The notes under the pieces were generated by a model. It was not told the origin of the DNA and made no database searches. It saw only the letters and a list, made by a program, of their open reading frames with translations. A program made the position numbers and the translations under genes. This document shows, piece after piece, positions 19,284 through 28,017 of a stretch of DNA of 40,474 nucleotides (the stretch's first letter is position 1; every line of letters starts with the position of its first letter). Origin of the DNA: a virus (lineage: Duplodnaviria; Caudoviricetes); the IMG/VR virus record IMGVR_UViG_3300006127_000031, positions 1-40,474 of that record, one strand, 5' to 3'.

Positions 19284-19976
19284 ATGTACATCTTTGAGTA
19301 TAATCCGCCGATCGAACTGCATGATAAGCTAAACCCTGTTCTATGGAACGACGAGGAAATTAGACGTCAAATCCAGGTCAAACTGCTTCAAATCGCCAAG
19401 GAATTCTATCATTTTTTGTCGGTTTCGGCGCCGATCGAAGACGTTTTGATAACCGGGTCTCAATCCAACTATAACTACACAAACTGGTCTGATATAGACC
19501 TACATATCGTATTAGATTACGATAACATCAGTTGTGAAGGAGAAGCCAAAAATCTACTGGATGCCAAACGTAAACTGTGGAAACGCGAGCACGATATCAA
19601 ACTCAAAGGTATTCCGGTAGAGTGCTACGCTGAAGATCTAAATCAACCAGCAGTTACAGCCAGCTACAGTCTAATACACAACAAGTGGGTCAAACGCCCA
19701 GGCACACCTATAAAAAACTACGACGTCGAAGGTGTTAAGGAATTGTACGGCATGTGGAAAACAGTGATCAAAGATGCTATCAAATTCCGCGAAGCAGGAC
19801 TGTTAAAACGTGTCAAAGAACTACTGGCCACATTTAGGAGAAAGAGTCTTGCCAAAGATGGTGAATTCGGTAACGGCAATCTAGCTTTTAAAGCACTGAG
19901 AAATTCTGGATGGATAGAACGATTAATGAAAGCAGTTGATGATCTAGAAGATCAGGAACTGAGTTTAAAGGATTAA
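19284..19976 (+). CDS. Pol-beta superfamily nucleotidyltransferase
   Basis: ITGS..NYNY..WSDIDLH motif and a third acidic residue in PVECY. Confidence 0.8.
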   Translation: MYIFEYNPPIELHDKLNPVLWNDEEIRRQIQVKLLQIAKEFYHFLSVSAPIEDVLITGSQSNYNYTNWSDIDLHIVLDYDNISCEGEAKNLLDAKRKLWKREHDIKLKGIPVECYAEDLNQPAVTASYSLIHNKWVKRPGTPIKNYDVEGVKELYGMWKTVIKDAIKFREAGLLKRVKELLATFRRKSLAKDGEFGNGNLAFKALRNSGWIERLMKAVDDLEDQELSLKD

Positions 19977-19977
19977 C

Positions 19978-20004
19978 AAGCCCACAGATACGTGGGCTTT
20001 TTTT
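19978..20004 (+). terminator. rho-independent terminator between convergent genes
   Basis: AAGCCCAC-AGATAC-GTGGGCTT followed by T-tract. Confidence 0.85.
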
Positions 20005-20362
20005 ATTGTACCCAGGGTGGTACTTGTACTGTGATTTTTACTTCTTCTTCCAACTGTTCTAATTGGACCTTGAGCTGATCTGTCATGCGCACTAGCTCGT
20101 CTTCACCCAGGGCATTTTCTAGTAATTCTTCTACATGCTCTTTGGTAAGACTAGCATACTCGACCCAGTTTTCCACAATGGCGTTTTGGAATTCGGCTGT
20201 TGGTATATCTGTCGAACCGTACATAGGAACACGATTGCCTTGGCTATCACTGCCCCACATGGTCCAATAGACTTTGGTAACTACGTCTGAGTGATTGCCA
20301 ATCTTAGATGTAGTTTCTAGTTTGGTAAAATCCCAGTCGAAATAATATTGTATAGTTGTCAT
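20003..20362 (-). CDS. tail-fibre-associated small protein
   Basis: 'DVVTKVYW...YGS...Y..LT.E.V...LE.ALG' pattern seen in tail-fibre accessory proteins; in the tail fibre operon. Confidence 0.55.
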   Translation of the reverse strand: MTTIQYYFDWDFTKLETTSKIGNHSDVVTKVYWTMWGSDSQGNRVPMYGSTDIPTAEFQNAIVENWVEYASLTKEHVEELLENALGEDELVRMTDQLKVQLEQLEEEVKITVQVPPWVQ

Positions 20363-20368
20363 GGTTGA

Positions 20369-20671
20369 TTAATTTCTGGAACGCTGTCCTGGTGGATAAT
20401 CTTTTTCATTGTATGGGCCCAGGTCTGCTAACCATTCATCCATTTCTGCAACGTTCTTAACCATAGTACCGTCAGGCAACTGTATCACCGGCAGTTGGCT
20501 CCAGTTAGGACTGGCCGCTCTAAACTGTTCCCACTTCCATGCGCCACCGTCAACACATCTTTCCTCAAATTGAACTTTTTGATTTTGTAAACGATGTATA
20601 ACCCATCTGCTGAGTGTGCAGTGTACACGTGTCCATACTACGCATTGTTTTGGTTGTGTGCTTAATGACAT
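20369..20671 (-). CDS. glutaredoxin-like protein (CxxS)
   Basis: VVWTR..CTLS, F.ER.V, QLPVI..PDG fit the Grx fold. Confidence 0.65.
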   Translation of the reverse strand: MSLSTQPKQCVVWTRVHCTLSRWVIHRLQNQKVQFEERCVDGGAWKWEQFRAASPNWSQLPVIQLPDGTMVKNVAEMDEWLADLGPYNEKDYPPGQRSRN

Positions 20672-20682
20672 TTTTAATCCTC

Positions 20683-22407
20683 TTATACGTTTGATCTAAT
20701 TAACCAGCTGTATTTAATTGACTGTACCACGCTGGCTGATTTTGTTATGTTGTTATTCTGACTGTTCCTATCACCGTTATGGATAGGGATAGCGATGCTG
20801 TTGGCATTAGTAAATGTACCAACACCATTGGTTAATCCTACAACCAGTTTGTCTGTTTTGTTTCCAGCAACGTTCGGATGGATCGTGTAGGTATTGTCAG
20901 GATAGACAAATACTTCGACAGTTCCTTTGTAGTATTCTGTTTCGGTTAGATCTTGAAAACTAAATGCTAGTTCACCATAGGTAATATTAGAGCAATCAAG
21001 GATAGCGAGATTGTAGGTAGTACCATAAGCTTCACCCAATGGCATGGTTATGGTGTTGTTTTGATTGACTACAGCATTGCCCTGCACAGAAGCGTTGATA
21101 GCTCCAGCATGATCCATCTCTGGTAGTCGTGCCCAACTGTCGCTGGTTGCGATATAGAATGTGTCGTTGATATTGTAAGTAACGTTACCTTGGATAGTAA
21201 AGAACGCAGTGGCCTGATTTGGCACTGTTGCTATACTGGTCACTGGATAAGCATGTTGCTTTGTTGAATCGTATATTGTCCAACTGCCAGGAACATATGA
21301 TGACTGGTAAGTGTTTACCTGTGAATACCATTGGCTGGCCATAGTGGTAATCACGTTAGTGACAGTGTTGGCTGTTTGGCTGGCTGAGAAACCGCTTGGT
21401 GAAAAATTTGAAGTAGCTACATACAGATAGTTATTGTCTACTAGGACCTGTCCTGGAACTTGATTTAGTTGTCCCTGTAGGCTCTGTGGAGCTCCAATAC
21501 CTAGGATAGTAGTCACAGTAGCAAGGCTAACTGTACCGTCTGCAGGGTTAACTGTCAAACCAAAACCGACTCGGATACCACCTAGTACGCTTGAGCTAGC
21601 GATAGGTACCGAGAATGTTGATGGTAGATCACGTAGGTCGTTGTAGCTACCAGATACTGCTACAGTGGCCAGGCCAAGATTTGAAACACCGATGGCTTTT
21701 TGCTGTGTGGTATACGTAGTAACTGTGCTGATATCCAGCTTGTGGCCGATGTTGTCAGTTAGGGTTTGTAGTGTATTAGTGTTGGTTAGTGCGGCGGCCA
21801 ATTGACTAATAACTTGGAATGTAGTTCCCGATGAGCCAACCAAATTGCCCAATGCGGCAGACACAGCGTTATTCAGTGTACCTGTGGTCACATAAGAACT
21901 CAGTGTGGCACTGGTCAAGTAGCCCATGTTGTTGACGAATGAGCTGATAGCAGTTGGATAGTCTAGCAAGCTATAGTAGCTGCCTGAAGTTGATACCTGT
22001 GCCAATACTGGTCGGTGTGTTAGATCGTTGTAGTCGCCTGTGATAGCCACGGTACTGAGATTAGGCAGTTGTCCTGCGTCAAATGGCTTGACCCAAGTAA
22101 ATCCACCATAGGGATTGGCGCTCAATAACCACGTAGCTGTAGCCGCAGAATCTGTGCGTAGCATGGTGTTGATGATAGTGCCGCTGGCTATTTGGCTTTC
22201 TGAAAGCTGTCCAGTTATCTGCTGGAAGCTGGGGAAACCGCCACCACCACCTCCACCGCCGTTGTGTATGGCTACTCCGCCTGGAGTTACCCCATCGCTG
22301 ATGGCAAATGTTAGTGTGTCTAAATCGACGAAAATTTCGCCTCTGTGCGGTACTAGTGTGCTACCTTGGGCAATAATGTCTTTACCCTGGAATATTCTTG
22401 TGGCCAT
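20683..22407 (-). CDS. tail fibre / receptor-binding protein (574 aa)
   Basis: Repeats LxTVAxSGxYNDL, PIASSSVLGGIRVG.GLTV..DGT, N-terminal GEI..D......ISDG.TPGG; T/S/G/N-rich. Confidence 0.8.
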   Translation of the reverse strand: MATRIFQGKDIIAQGSTLVPHRGEIFVDLDTLTFAISDGVTPGGVAIHNGGGGGGGGFPSFQQITGQLSESQIASGTIINTMLRTDSAATATWLLSANPYGGFTWVKPFDAGQLPNLSTVAITGDYNDLTHRPVLAQVSTSGSYYSLLDYPTAISSFVNNMGYLTSATLSSYVTTGTLNNAVSAALGNLVGSSGTTFQVISQLAAALTNTNTLQTLTDNIGHKLDISTVTTYTTQQKAIGVSNLGLATVAVSGSYNDLRDLPSTFSVPIASSSVLGGIRVGFGLTVNPADGTVSLATVTTILGIGAPQSLQGQLNQVPGQVLVDNNYLYVATSNFSPSGFSASQTANTVTNVITTMASQWYSQVNTYQSSYVPGSWTIYDSTKQHAYPVTSIATVPNQATAFFTIQGNVTYNINDTFYIATSDSWARLPEMDHAGAINASVQGNAVVNQNNTITMPLGEAYGTTYNLAILDCSNITYGELAFSFQDLTETEYYKGTVEVFVYPDNTYTIHPNVAGNKTDKLVVGLTNGVGTFTNANSIAIPIHNGDRNSQNNNITKSASVVQSIKYSWLIRSNV

Positions 22408-22452
22408 TTGTGATCTTCCTTGCTCTCTAACGTATTGGTTAAATATACGACT

Positions 22453-22890
22453 ATGACATTATTTACCGTTAATGTAGAAACTTCCGATATACCCGCAGCC
22501 ATGCTACTCAGCCGTTTGAGCACGGGCTACGGCGCCGAAAGCGCACTGTTTAATCTAAATGCTGGCGAGTTTGACTGGCCCTTTGACCTACCAGTCGAAA
22601 CCAGCTCAGGGCGACAGATCCTCCCAGGAGAAGCAGAAATGCAGATGCTGATACACCTGTTCGATCGGTGCATAATGGCGGTAGATGTCAAACAGGTAGT
22701 AGATCAAGGACTGCGTGATTTTGCCTGGCCCGGACACGTTTTCATGGACGAATCCATAAGGGTGCGCTACACTGTGACTAGGCTCAAACCCAGACTGGGC
22801 TGTACAGACGTAGACTGGCAGTGCGAGTTAGTGTCAGCAGATGATCGTGTGGCCTGTAGTTTTGTCAAACAACAACGTTGGTACTTATGA
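22453..22890 (+). CDS. MaoC/NodN-like hot-dog fold protein
   Basis: GLRDFAWPGHVFMDESIRVRYTV...V.W.CEL pattern; start set at the ATG 7 nt after TAAATA (22440-22445). Confidence 0.6.
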   Translation: MTLFTVNVETSDIPAAMLLSRLSTGYGAESALFNLNAGEFDWPFDLPVETSSGRQILPGEAEMQMLIHLFDRCIMAVDVKQVVDQGLRDFAWPGHVFMDESIRVRYTVTRLKPRLGCTDVDWQCELVSADDRVACSFVKQQRWYL

Positions 22891-23447
22891 CCGTATATTT
22901 CAGTTCAACCGCAAGTGTTTTTAGCTCTACCCAATTTACCACAGGCATAGACAGCTGGACAGTCACACCGCAGGTCTATGTTACTACAGCCAGCAACGTA
23001 CCGCCCACTACTTTTGCCAATGTAGTTACCAGTGTCAGCTGGCACATGCAGGGCGTAGAAACACTTACAAACCTAACCAGCTACTATTTTACCGCTACCA
23101 CTGTGACTGTGTTCGTGCAGACCATGAGCGGGGGCATACTCTACAGTTCAGTGATAGATCCTGCTACGGGCGGTGTCAAGCTCACAGACAACAGCCAGCG
23201 CAGTGGTGAAGGTTTTGAGCTAGGTGTCAGCGATTCGGCAACAGCTACCCCCGAACAGGTCCTAGGTTGGATCGTAAACGCCAGCCCCTTGGGCTATGCC
23301 AACACTGTGGCCTATCTCACAGCCACTATCTGTACCGACATACTCACACAGAGCCAGCGCCAGCTGAGCATCGCTTCTAGCCCGAGCCAGCAGACTCCTC
23401 CATTCGCCCAAATCCAACCCTATTCCACGAGTACACAGCACATTTGA
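22887..23447 (+). CDS. T/S-rich tail-fibre-associated protein, possibly related to 20003-20362
   Basis: NVVTSVSWH...ATPEQVLGWI resembles DVVTKVYW...LTKEHVEELL; ATGA-coupled start. Confidence 0.55.
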   Translation: MTVYFSSTASVFSSTQFTTGIDSWTVTPQVYVTTASNVPPTTFANVVTSVSWHMQGVETLTNLTSYYFTATTVTVFVQTMSGGILYSSVIDPATGGVKLTDNSQRSGEGFELGVSDSATATPEQVLGWIVNASPLGYANTVAYLTATICTDILTQSQRQLSIASSPSQQTPPFAQIQPYSTSTQHI

Positions 23448-23472
23448 CACCGATTCTTAAATATGCTATTAT
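23444..23472 (+). promoter_or_regulatory. sigma70 promoter with a nested late TAAATA
   Basis: TTGACA-17 bp-TATTAT with TAAATA in the spacer; same dual design as the gp32 promoter. Confidence 0.7.
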
Positions 23473-23493
23473 ATTAGCACTTAAAGGATCATT

Positions 23494-24324
23494 ATGTACA
23501 AGTTTAAACCAGGCCCATACGAGCCAGCAGCCATCGAACCGGGCAAGCCCCTAACATTCTCACAAACATGGACGTTTGGTGACATCATCTACTCCATGAT
23601 TCCCATACGCTTGCTAGGCGGTGGCGAGTTTTATCTACGCTTGGAAAATCTAGACAACTTGTGTAAGACAGTCATAGGTTGGCCCGACGGGGGCACACAC
23701 TCAGGACGCATGCGCCAGAAAGATTTCGACTTGCTCAAACCTCTAATCGAAGCACAGGACTATATCACCAAATGGGCAGTATGGAACGGTGAAGCCATCA
23801 CACATCCTCTAGACAATATCTGTTGCTGGTTCTACGGCAATCGCATAGACAAAGGACATTACGGACGGCTCTACGCATTAGCAGTGGGCTTGGACCCAGA
23901 TCAGTGGGAACCTGCGATCACCCAACCATGGCTAACCTTGGGCAACAACGAACCAATACGTGTGCCAGGAAAACACATAGTGATATCTAAAACTGACAGA
24001 TACGGTAACGGACAAGTACATCAGGTATGGCGCAACATGGTTGAACAGCAGTGGAACGAGCAGGCCCTATTCGTAGGCACTGCCGAAGAACACGCGGCAT
24101 TTGAGCAGGATTTCGGCATCAAGATCCAGTACTATCCAACTCGGGATCTGCTAGAACTAGCACAGGTCATAGCGGGCTCAGAACTGTACTTGGGCAACCA
24201 ATCAGTGGGCATGGCTATAGCACAGGGTCTGGGCGTAAACTTCTGGTGCGATCACCGCAAGGACAACTGTACACTAGAAGGTTGTGAAACTTACTTTAAA
24301 CGAGAAAATGGCTATTATTTCTAA
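23494..24324 (+). CDS. glycosyltransferase, GT9 (heptosyltransferase-like, GT-B)
   Basis: FGDIIYSMIPIR and LLELAQVIAGSELYLGNQS.GMAIA.GLG motifs. Confidence 0.8.
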   Translation: MYKFKPGPYEPAAIEPGKPLTFSQTWTFGDIIYSMIPIRLLGGGEFYLRLENLDNLCKTVIGWPDGGTHSGRMRQKDFDLLKPLIEAQDYITKWAVWNGEAITHPLDNICCWFYGNRIDKGHYGRLYALAVGLDPDQWEPAITQPWLTLGNNEPIRVPGKHIVISKTDRYGNGQVHQVWRNMVEQQWNEQALFVGTAEEHAAFEQDFGIKIQYYPTRDLLELAQVIAGSELYLGNQSVGMAIAQGLGVNFWCDHRKDNCTLEGCETYFKRENGYYF

Positions 24325-24384
24325 GAGTTACACATGGGTGCTGATCCTATTTGTCGTGGTATTCGTCCTAGCCCGAGCTGTTAA

Positions 24385-24540
24385 ATGGCACGTGTTCTAA
24401 CACAAGCACTGGCACAGATAGCCGAGCTCAGAGCCGCCCAGGCACGCCGGCGCAAGCAGAAACAGTTGGAGCGACTGACCAAGCTGATGGCTAATAAGCC
24501 CAAGCCACGTCCGGCAGCTAAGTCAGTTAAAAAGAGGTAA
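24385..24540 (+). CDS. small basic protein (51 aa, MARVLTQALAQ...KSVKKR)
   Basis: Not in the track; K/R-rich helical ORF. Confidence 0.45.
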   Translation: MARVLTQALAQIAELRAAQARRRKQKQLERLTKLMANKPKPRPAAKSVKKR

Positions 24541-24732
24541 TTCCGGGCGGCACTCTACAACCCTCTCCCGCGAAGCGGCTCGCAAAAAAATTTTGCTAGA
24601 GTTCAGGGACAGTAGGTAAACCATCTGCACCAAGTCCACATCCAGCGTCGCTCTACGTAGAGTAACGCTATCAATAGAACTAGTACCAGGGTTTCGCGCC
24701 AAGAATAGCGAACAGGTTCGGGTGTCCAATCG

Positions 24733-24909
24733 TCAAGCACGGCGTCCCCATGCCAAGCGCAACCATAAGCGTTCGTGAACATAGTGTACCGCAGTCAAGA
24801 TTAGGTGTATGATGACAGCATCGCTGAGTCCAGTCCAAATGGCTGTTATAAGCAGTGCGATGATCCTATAAGTAACTGCTCTTAGAACAGTGCGTGAATG
24901 AGTTTCCAT
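24733..24909 (-). CDS. DUF2061-like small membrane protein (58 aa)
   Basis: Not in the track; METHSRTVLRAVTYRII...HYVHERLWLRLAWG fits the DUF2061 pattern. Confidence 0.7.
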   Translation of the reverse strand: METHSRTVLRAVTYRIIALLITAIWTGLSDAVIIHLILTAVHYVHERLWLRLAWGRRA

Positions 24910-24913
24910 ATGT

Positions 24914-25171
24914 CTACTTAGCCCACGCTAGCAGGAACATGGTTTTATCCTGATTCCATTTGAACGCTACGCAAGCCTGCCAGTATTCCTGCTCGTGTAC
25001 AGTATGATAGCACCAACGAGTCCAGTGACAGCCCACGTGTGAGCATAGCCATGATTCTAGCACATCTATAGAGTTGACCCAGTCGATCTGTCCTGCATCC
25101 AGTAGTGGCCATGGTGCTAGTGCTATGTGTGGAAAGTCTGGATGTACAGGATGATCTGGTAAGAATCGCAT
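24914..25171 (-). CDS. hypothetical protein (85 aa, W-rich)
   Basis: ORF in a minus-strand run; C-terminal 'VAFK..QDKTMFLLAW' is a common small phage protein pattern. Confidence 0.65.
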   Translation of the reverse strand: MRFLPDHPVHPDFPHIALAPWPLLDAGQIDWVNSIDVLESWLCSHVGCHWTRWCYHTVHEQEYWQACVAFKWNQDKTMFLLAWAK

Positions 25172-25172
25172 G

Positions 25173-25382
25173 CTAAAAGTATTTTATAGTACGTATCTCA
25201 AAATCTTCACGATCTATATACTGCGTTCGCCCGCCGCGTGTAGTATAGCTATAATACTTGCCGAGCCATATGAACTGGCGTCCAAAATCCCAGCGATCGA
25301 TCCACGTGGGCCAAACAGCCCAGTATTCAGTGTAGTTGACACCGTTCAAGCGGAATGTGCGAGTGATTGGATTAGCGTACAT
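25173..25382 (-). CDS. hypothetical protein (69 aa)
   Basis: ORF with TAAATA/TATAAT elements upstream at about 25395-25408. Confidence 0.5.
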   Translation of the reverse strand: MYANPITRTFRLNGVNYTEYWAVWPTWIDRWDFGRQFIWLGKYYSYTTRGGRTQYIDREDFEIRTIKYF

Positions 25383-25682
25383 ATACAGTCGTTATTATAC
25401 ACTATTTACAGTGGCGATTGCATATCCACCGCGGTCAGTGGGGAAAATAGCGAAGACGTATGTGTAGTGCAAAAAAAATTACTGCGCAAAAATTTTTGAA
25501 CCAAAAAATCGGGATATGAGGAGCATTTTTACTCTAGTGTGTAAGTATATATGTAACACAAGGAGAATACAAATGACCCAGTTACAGCACACTATTAGAG
25601 AGTTACACGGAGAGAATCCGCCCTAATTGACTGTGCAGACAATTTGACGCAGTGTACAAGTCGCAGGACTATAAATTACTCA

Positions 25683-25706
25683 AGCTCTATTCGTAGGGCT
25701 TTTTTT
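25683..25706 (+). terminator. rho-independent terminator (UUCG loop)
   Basis: AAGCTCTA-TTCG-TAGGGCTT followed by T-tract. Confidence 0.75.
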
Positions 25707-25833
25707 GTGGGTCGTTTAATCCTAGCCAATCTTGTAGCCAGTAACCAACCCAATATATAGGGGGGATCGATAAGGGTGTAGCAACGCAGGTTACGACAAT
25801 CCAAAATAACTGTTCTTGTAGAGAGTATTCCAT
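25687..25833 (-). CDS. small membrane protein (48 aa, MEYSLQEQLFWIVV...)
   Basis: Not in the track; hydrophobic; TAAATA 7 nt upstream. Confidence 0.5.
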   Translation of the reverse strand: MEYSLQEQLFWIVVTCVATPLSIPPIYWVGYWLQDWLGLNDPQKKPYE

Positions 25834-26064
25834 AGTCGGATATTTAAGCCGGTCTATACATATAGTAAAAAAATCTTGTGCGCAAAAAGTTGGATGGGTG
25901 GAGAACCTGACCCCTGGTGATTACATCTAACTGGGGGGTGATTTTAGGAAAGATTTGGCATGCGCTTTATTGCGCAAGTTAGTGCTTGCTAACATAGTGA
26001 CCTGGGTACCCCCACCATACCCCCAGGCCACCATGTCTAAGCATGCTTTAAGCATGCTTACCAT

Positions 26065-26364
26065 CTAGAGCTCTAGCTCTCCCTCCGCTTCTAGCTCGGC
26101 TACTACATCGTTGAACAAGCTGTTGATATCCTGTATGCTGGCCGCACGTCGGATGTCTGCATGCCTCCGGCGTAGAGCTGTACCTTTGCTGTAGACTAGC
26201 TCTACATGCTCTGCACAGTACAAGGTGTCTGCTACTAGATCCTTACAAGCACAGTAGGGTGTAGGCCCTAGCCACTTGCGGCTGTCATAGTCTGGGCCTA
26301 GGTATGTGCATCCATACTGTGCCAGTGCTTGCTGATCTGTATGCATTAGATCCTCCGCATACAA
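26065..26364 (-). CDS. hypothetical Cys/His protein (99 aa)
   Basis: C...C...YCAEH possible Zn site; overlaps the ATPase stop. Confidence 0.65.
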   Translation of the reverse strand: MYAEDLMHTDQQALAQYGCTYLGPDYDSRKWLGPTPYCACKDLVADTLYCAEHVELVYSKGTALRRRHADIRRAASIQDINSLFNDVVAELEAEGELEL

Positions 26365-27212
26365 GTAGTCTTAGCCATAGCAGTCCACGTTAGGGGGAAT
26401 GCCTTCTTCAAGTCTGCTACCTTGAGCACCATGCGCAGGCTTAGCTCACGTAGCTTTGATGCATTGTCTACTATGAAGTTGACTATCTCCTGCTTGACCA
26501 CGGGCTCGAACTCGTATGCATCCAACATGCCATCTTCTACGATCTGCTTGATGCGCAAGATCTTCTCGCGATCTGTGTCCATCTGCAGGTCTATGTAATG
26601 GCAACGGCTTTCTAGTGCGTCCAAGTGATCTCTGAGTCGCTTGCTCTTGACGTGCTCAAACTTGATGTTGGTGATAAAGATAGCGGCACCCTTGAACTCG
26701 AAACGATCTGGGATACCTTCTGATCTGAGTAGACGTGAATCAGTATTCCAAGCGATGAAACGCTTCTTGCTAGAGTCTAGTGCGCCCTTGAGGATGTTCA
26801 AGCTCAAGTCCTCCATTAGGATGCTATCACAGTCGTCAAACACTAGCACGTGATTGGCATCTGAATGCTCGTATAACTTAGCATACAAGCCTAGGGCTGA
26901 CATTGCGCCCTTTACGATCTCGTACTTGGGCTTGCGCTCACCTAGAACATCGAATAAGCCATCTTTGCTCAGTACTTCTTCTACACCGAAGCTTTTACCA
27001 ACTCCGGGAGGGCCACTAACGATCATAGCACGTACATCACCTGCACGTACAGCACGGGTCATGTCTGTGAGGATCTGGAAACGCTCTTTGAGTCTGGAGA
27101 CGATCTCTTCGTCTGATTCACGTGCTACTGCCATTTCGTTAGCACGGATAGCTTCTTTGTCGAACTCTAGTACTGTAGCGACGCCTGAGGGTTTGTGTGA
27201 TGCTTTTGCCAT
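26346..27212 (-). CDS. AAA+ family P-loop ATPase
   Basis: SGPPGVGKS, VLVFDDCD, FITN, ALESR motifs; own promoter at 27242-27270. Confidence 0.9.
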   Translation of the reverse strand: MAKASHKPSGVATVLEFDKEAIRANEMAVARESDEEIVSRLKERFQILTDMTRAVRAGDVRAMIVSGPPGVGKSFGVEEVLSKDGLFDVLGERKPKYEIVKGAMSALGLYAKLYEHSDANHVLVFDDCDSILMEDLSLNILKGALDSSKKRFIAWNTDSRLLRSEGIPDRFEFKGAAIFITNIKFEHVKSKRLRDHLDALESRCHYIDLQMDTDREKILRIKQIVEDGMLDAYEFEPVVKQEIVNFIVDNASKLRELSLRMVLKVADLKKAFPLTWTAMAKTTCMRRI

Positions 27213-27247
27213 ATGTGTCCTTTAAGTGTGTGTAAATCAGTATTATA

Positions 27248-27481
27248 CTAGACTGCGCGAGCTTTGTCAATCACTTTGGCGACATCCGCTGTATATTTCT
27301 CCAGCTCGCCTTCGTGCTCCAAGCTCTCATCGATAGCTATCTTCAGCAGGCCCATAGCGTCGATGCGATCCTTGTAGGGCAAGGCCGTGATGAACGCATT
27401 TACCTGCTCGAGGTTCTCGATGTTCCACATGACGTCCAAGAGCATCTTCTGCTTGGGGGTTAGGTTGGGGATGCTGATCAT
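27248..27481 (-). CDS. hypothetical protein (77 aa, MISIPNLTPKQ...)
   Basis: ATGA-coupled to the upstream ORF; start corrected from the track. Confidence 0.7.
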   Translation of the reverse strand: MISIPNLTPKQKMLLDVMWNIENLEQVNAFITALPYKDRIDAMGLLKIAIDESLEHEGELEKYTADVAKVIDKARAV

Positions 27482-27681
27482 TGTGCGAAGATGTCCTTGC
27501 TTAGGATCTCGTCCTGTACCAGCCGGTGGGCCAAGTTCAGCGCCAGCATAGCACCATACCAAGCCATACGCTGTTCTTCAGCACTACCGCACTCGGTTAG
27601 CAAAACTGTCAAATGATCTAAGTCTGCAGGTGTCATCCACAAGCCGGATTTTGGAATAGGGTTATTAACGATATCGTACAT
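27478..27681 (-). CDS. hypothetical early protein (67 aa)
   Basis: Promoter and AAGGAGCG SD upstream. Confidence 0.8.
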   Translation of the reverse strand: MYDIVNNPIPKSGLWMTPADLDHLTVLLTECGSAEEQRMAWYGAMLALNLAHRLVQDEILSKDIFAQ

Positions 27682-27741
27682 ATTTCGCTCCTTTAGTGTT
27701 TAAGTGTGTAGTATAACAGGTTTTACCGGGCCTGTCAACCC

Positions 27742-27960
27742 CTAGTCCCAATCTTTCTTGCCACCGAACCGTTCATTGTGTTCGTAGCCCGCATGGTAAG
27801 CACGGATCTGGTCTGCTGTCATCATCACTTCGATGACTTCGTTGCCCGTAGGGGTCATGTAATGTGGACGACGGCCACGGCTATACCAACTGTCAGCACT
27901 GCCCCTATCAAAAGGTGACCCGTGGCTCGTATCAAACTCAGTAATTTCGCTTTTAAACAT
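27742..27960 (-). CDS. hypothetical early protein (72 aa; HGSPFDRGSADSWY motif)
   Basis: SD GAGGAG before the ATG at 27960; the track start is the TTG of the -35 box. Confidence 0.8.
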   Translation of the reverse strand: MFKSEITEFDTSHGSPFDRGSADSWYSRGRRPHYMTPTGNEVIEVMMTADQIRAYHAGYEHNERFGGKKDWD

Positions 27961-28017
27961 ATCTGCTCCTCTAGTGTATGTGTACATTATAACACAGGTT
28001 TTACCTGTTGTCAACCC

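Noticed and set aside
1155-20270. Antisense and out-of-frame ORFs overlapping core genes (e.g. 2068-2535, 5887-6216, 11916-12305, 17677-18036)
   Set aside because: Shadow ORFs of well-supported genes with no RBS or motifs
20683-22407. Diversity-generating retroelement targeting the tail fibre
   Set aside because: No reverse transcriptase and no TR/VR pair seen; internal repeats are ordinary fibre peptide repeats
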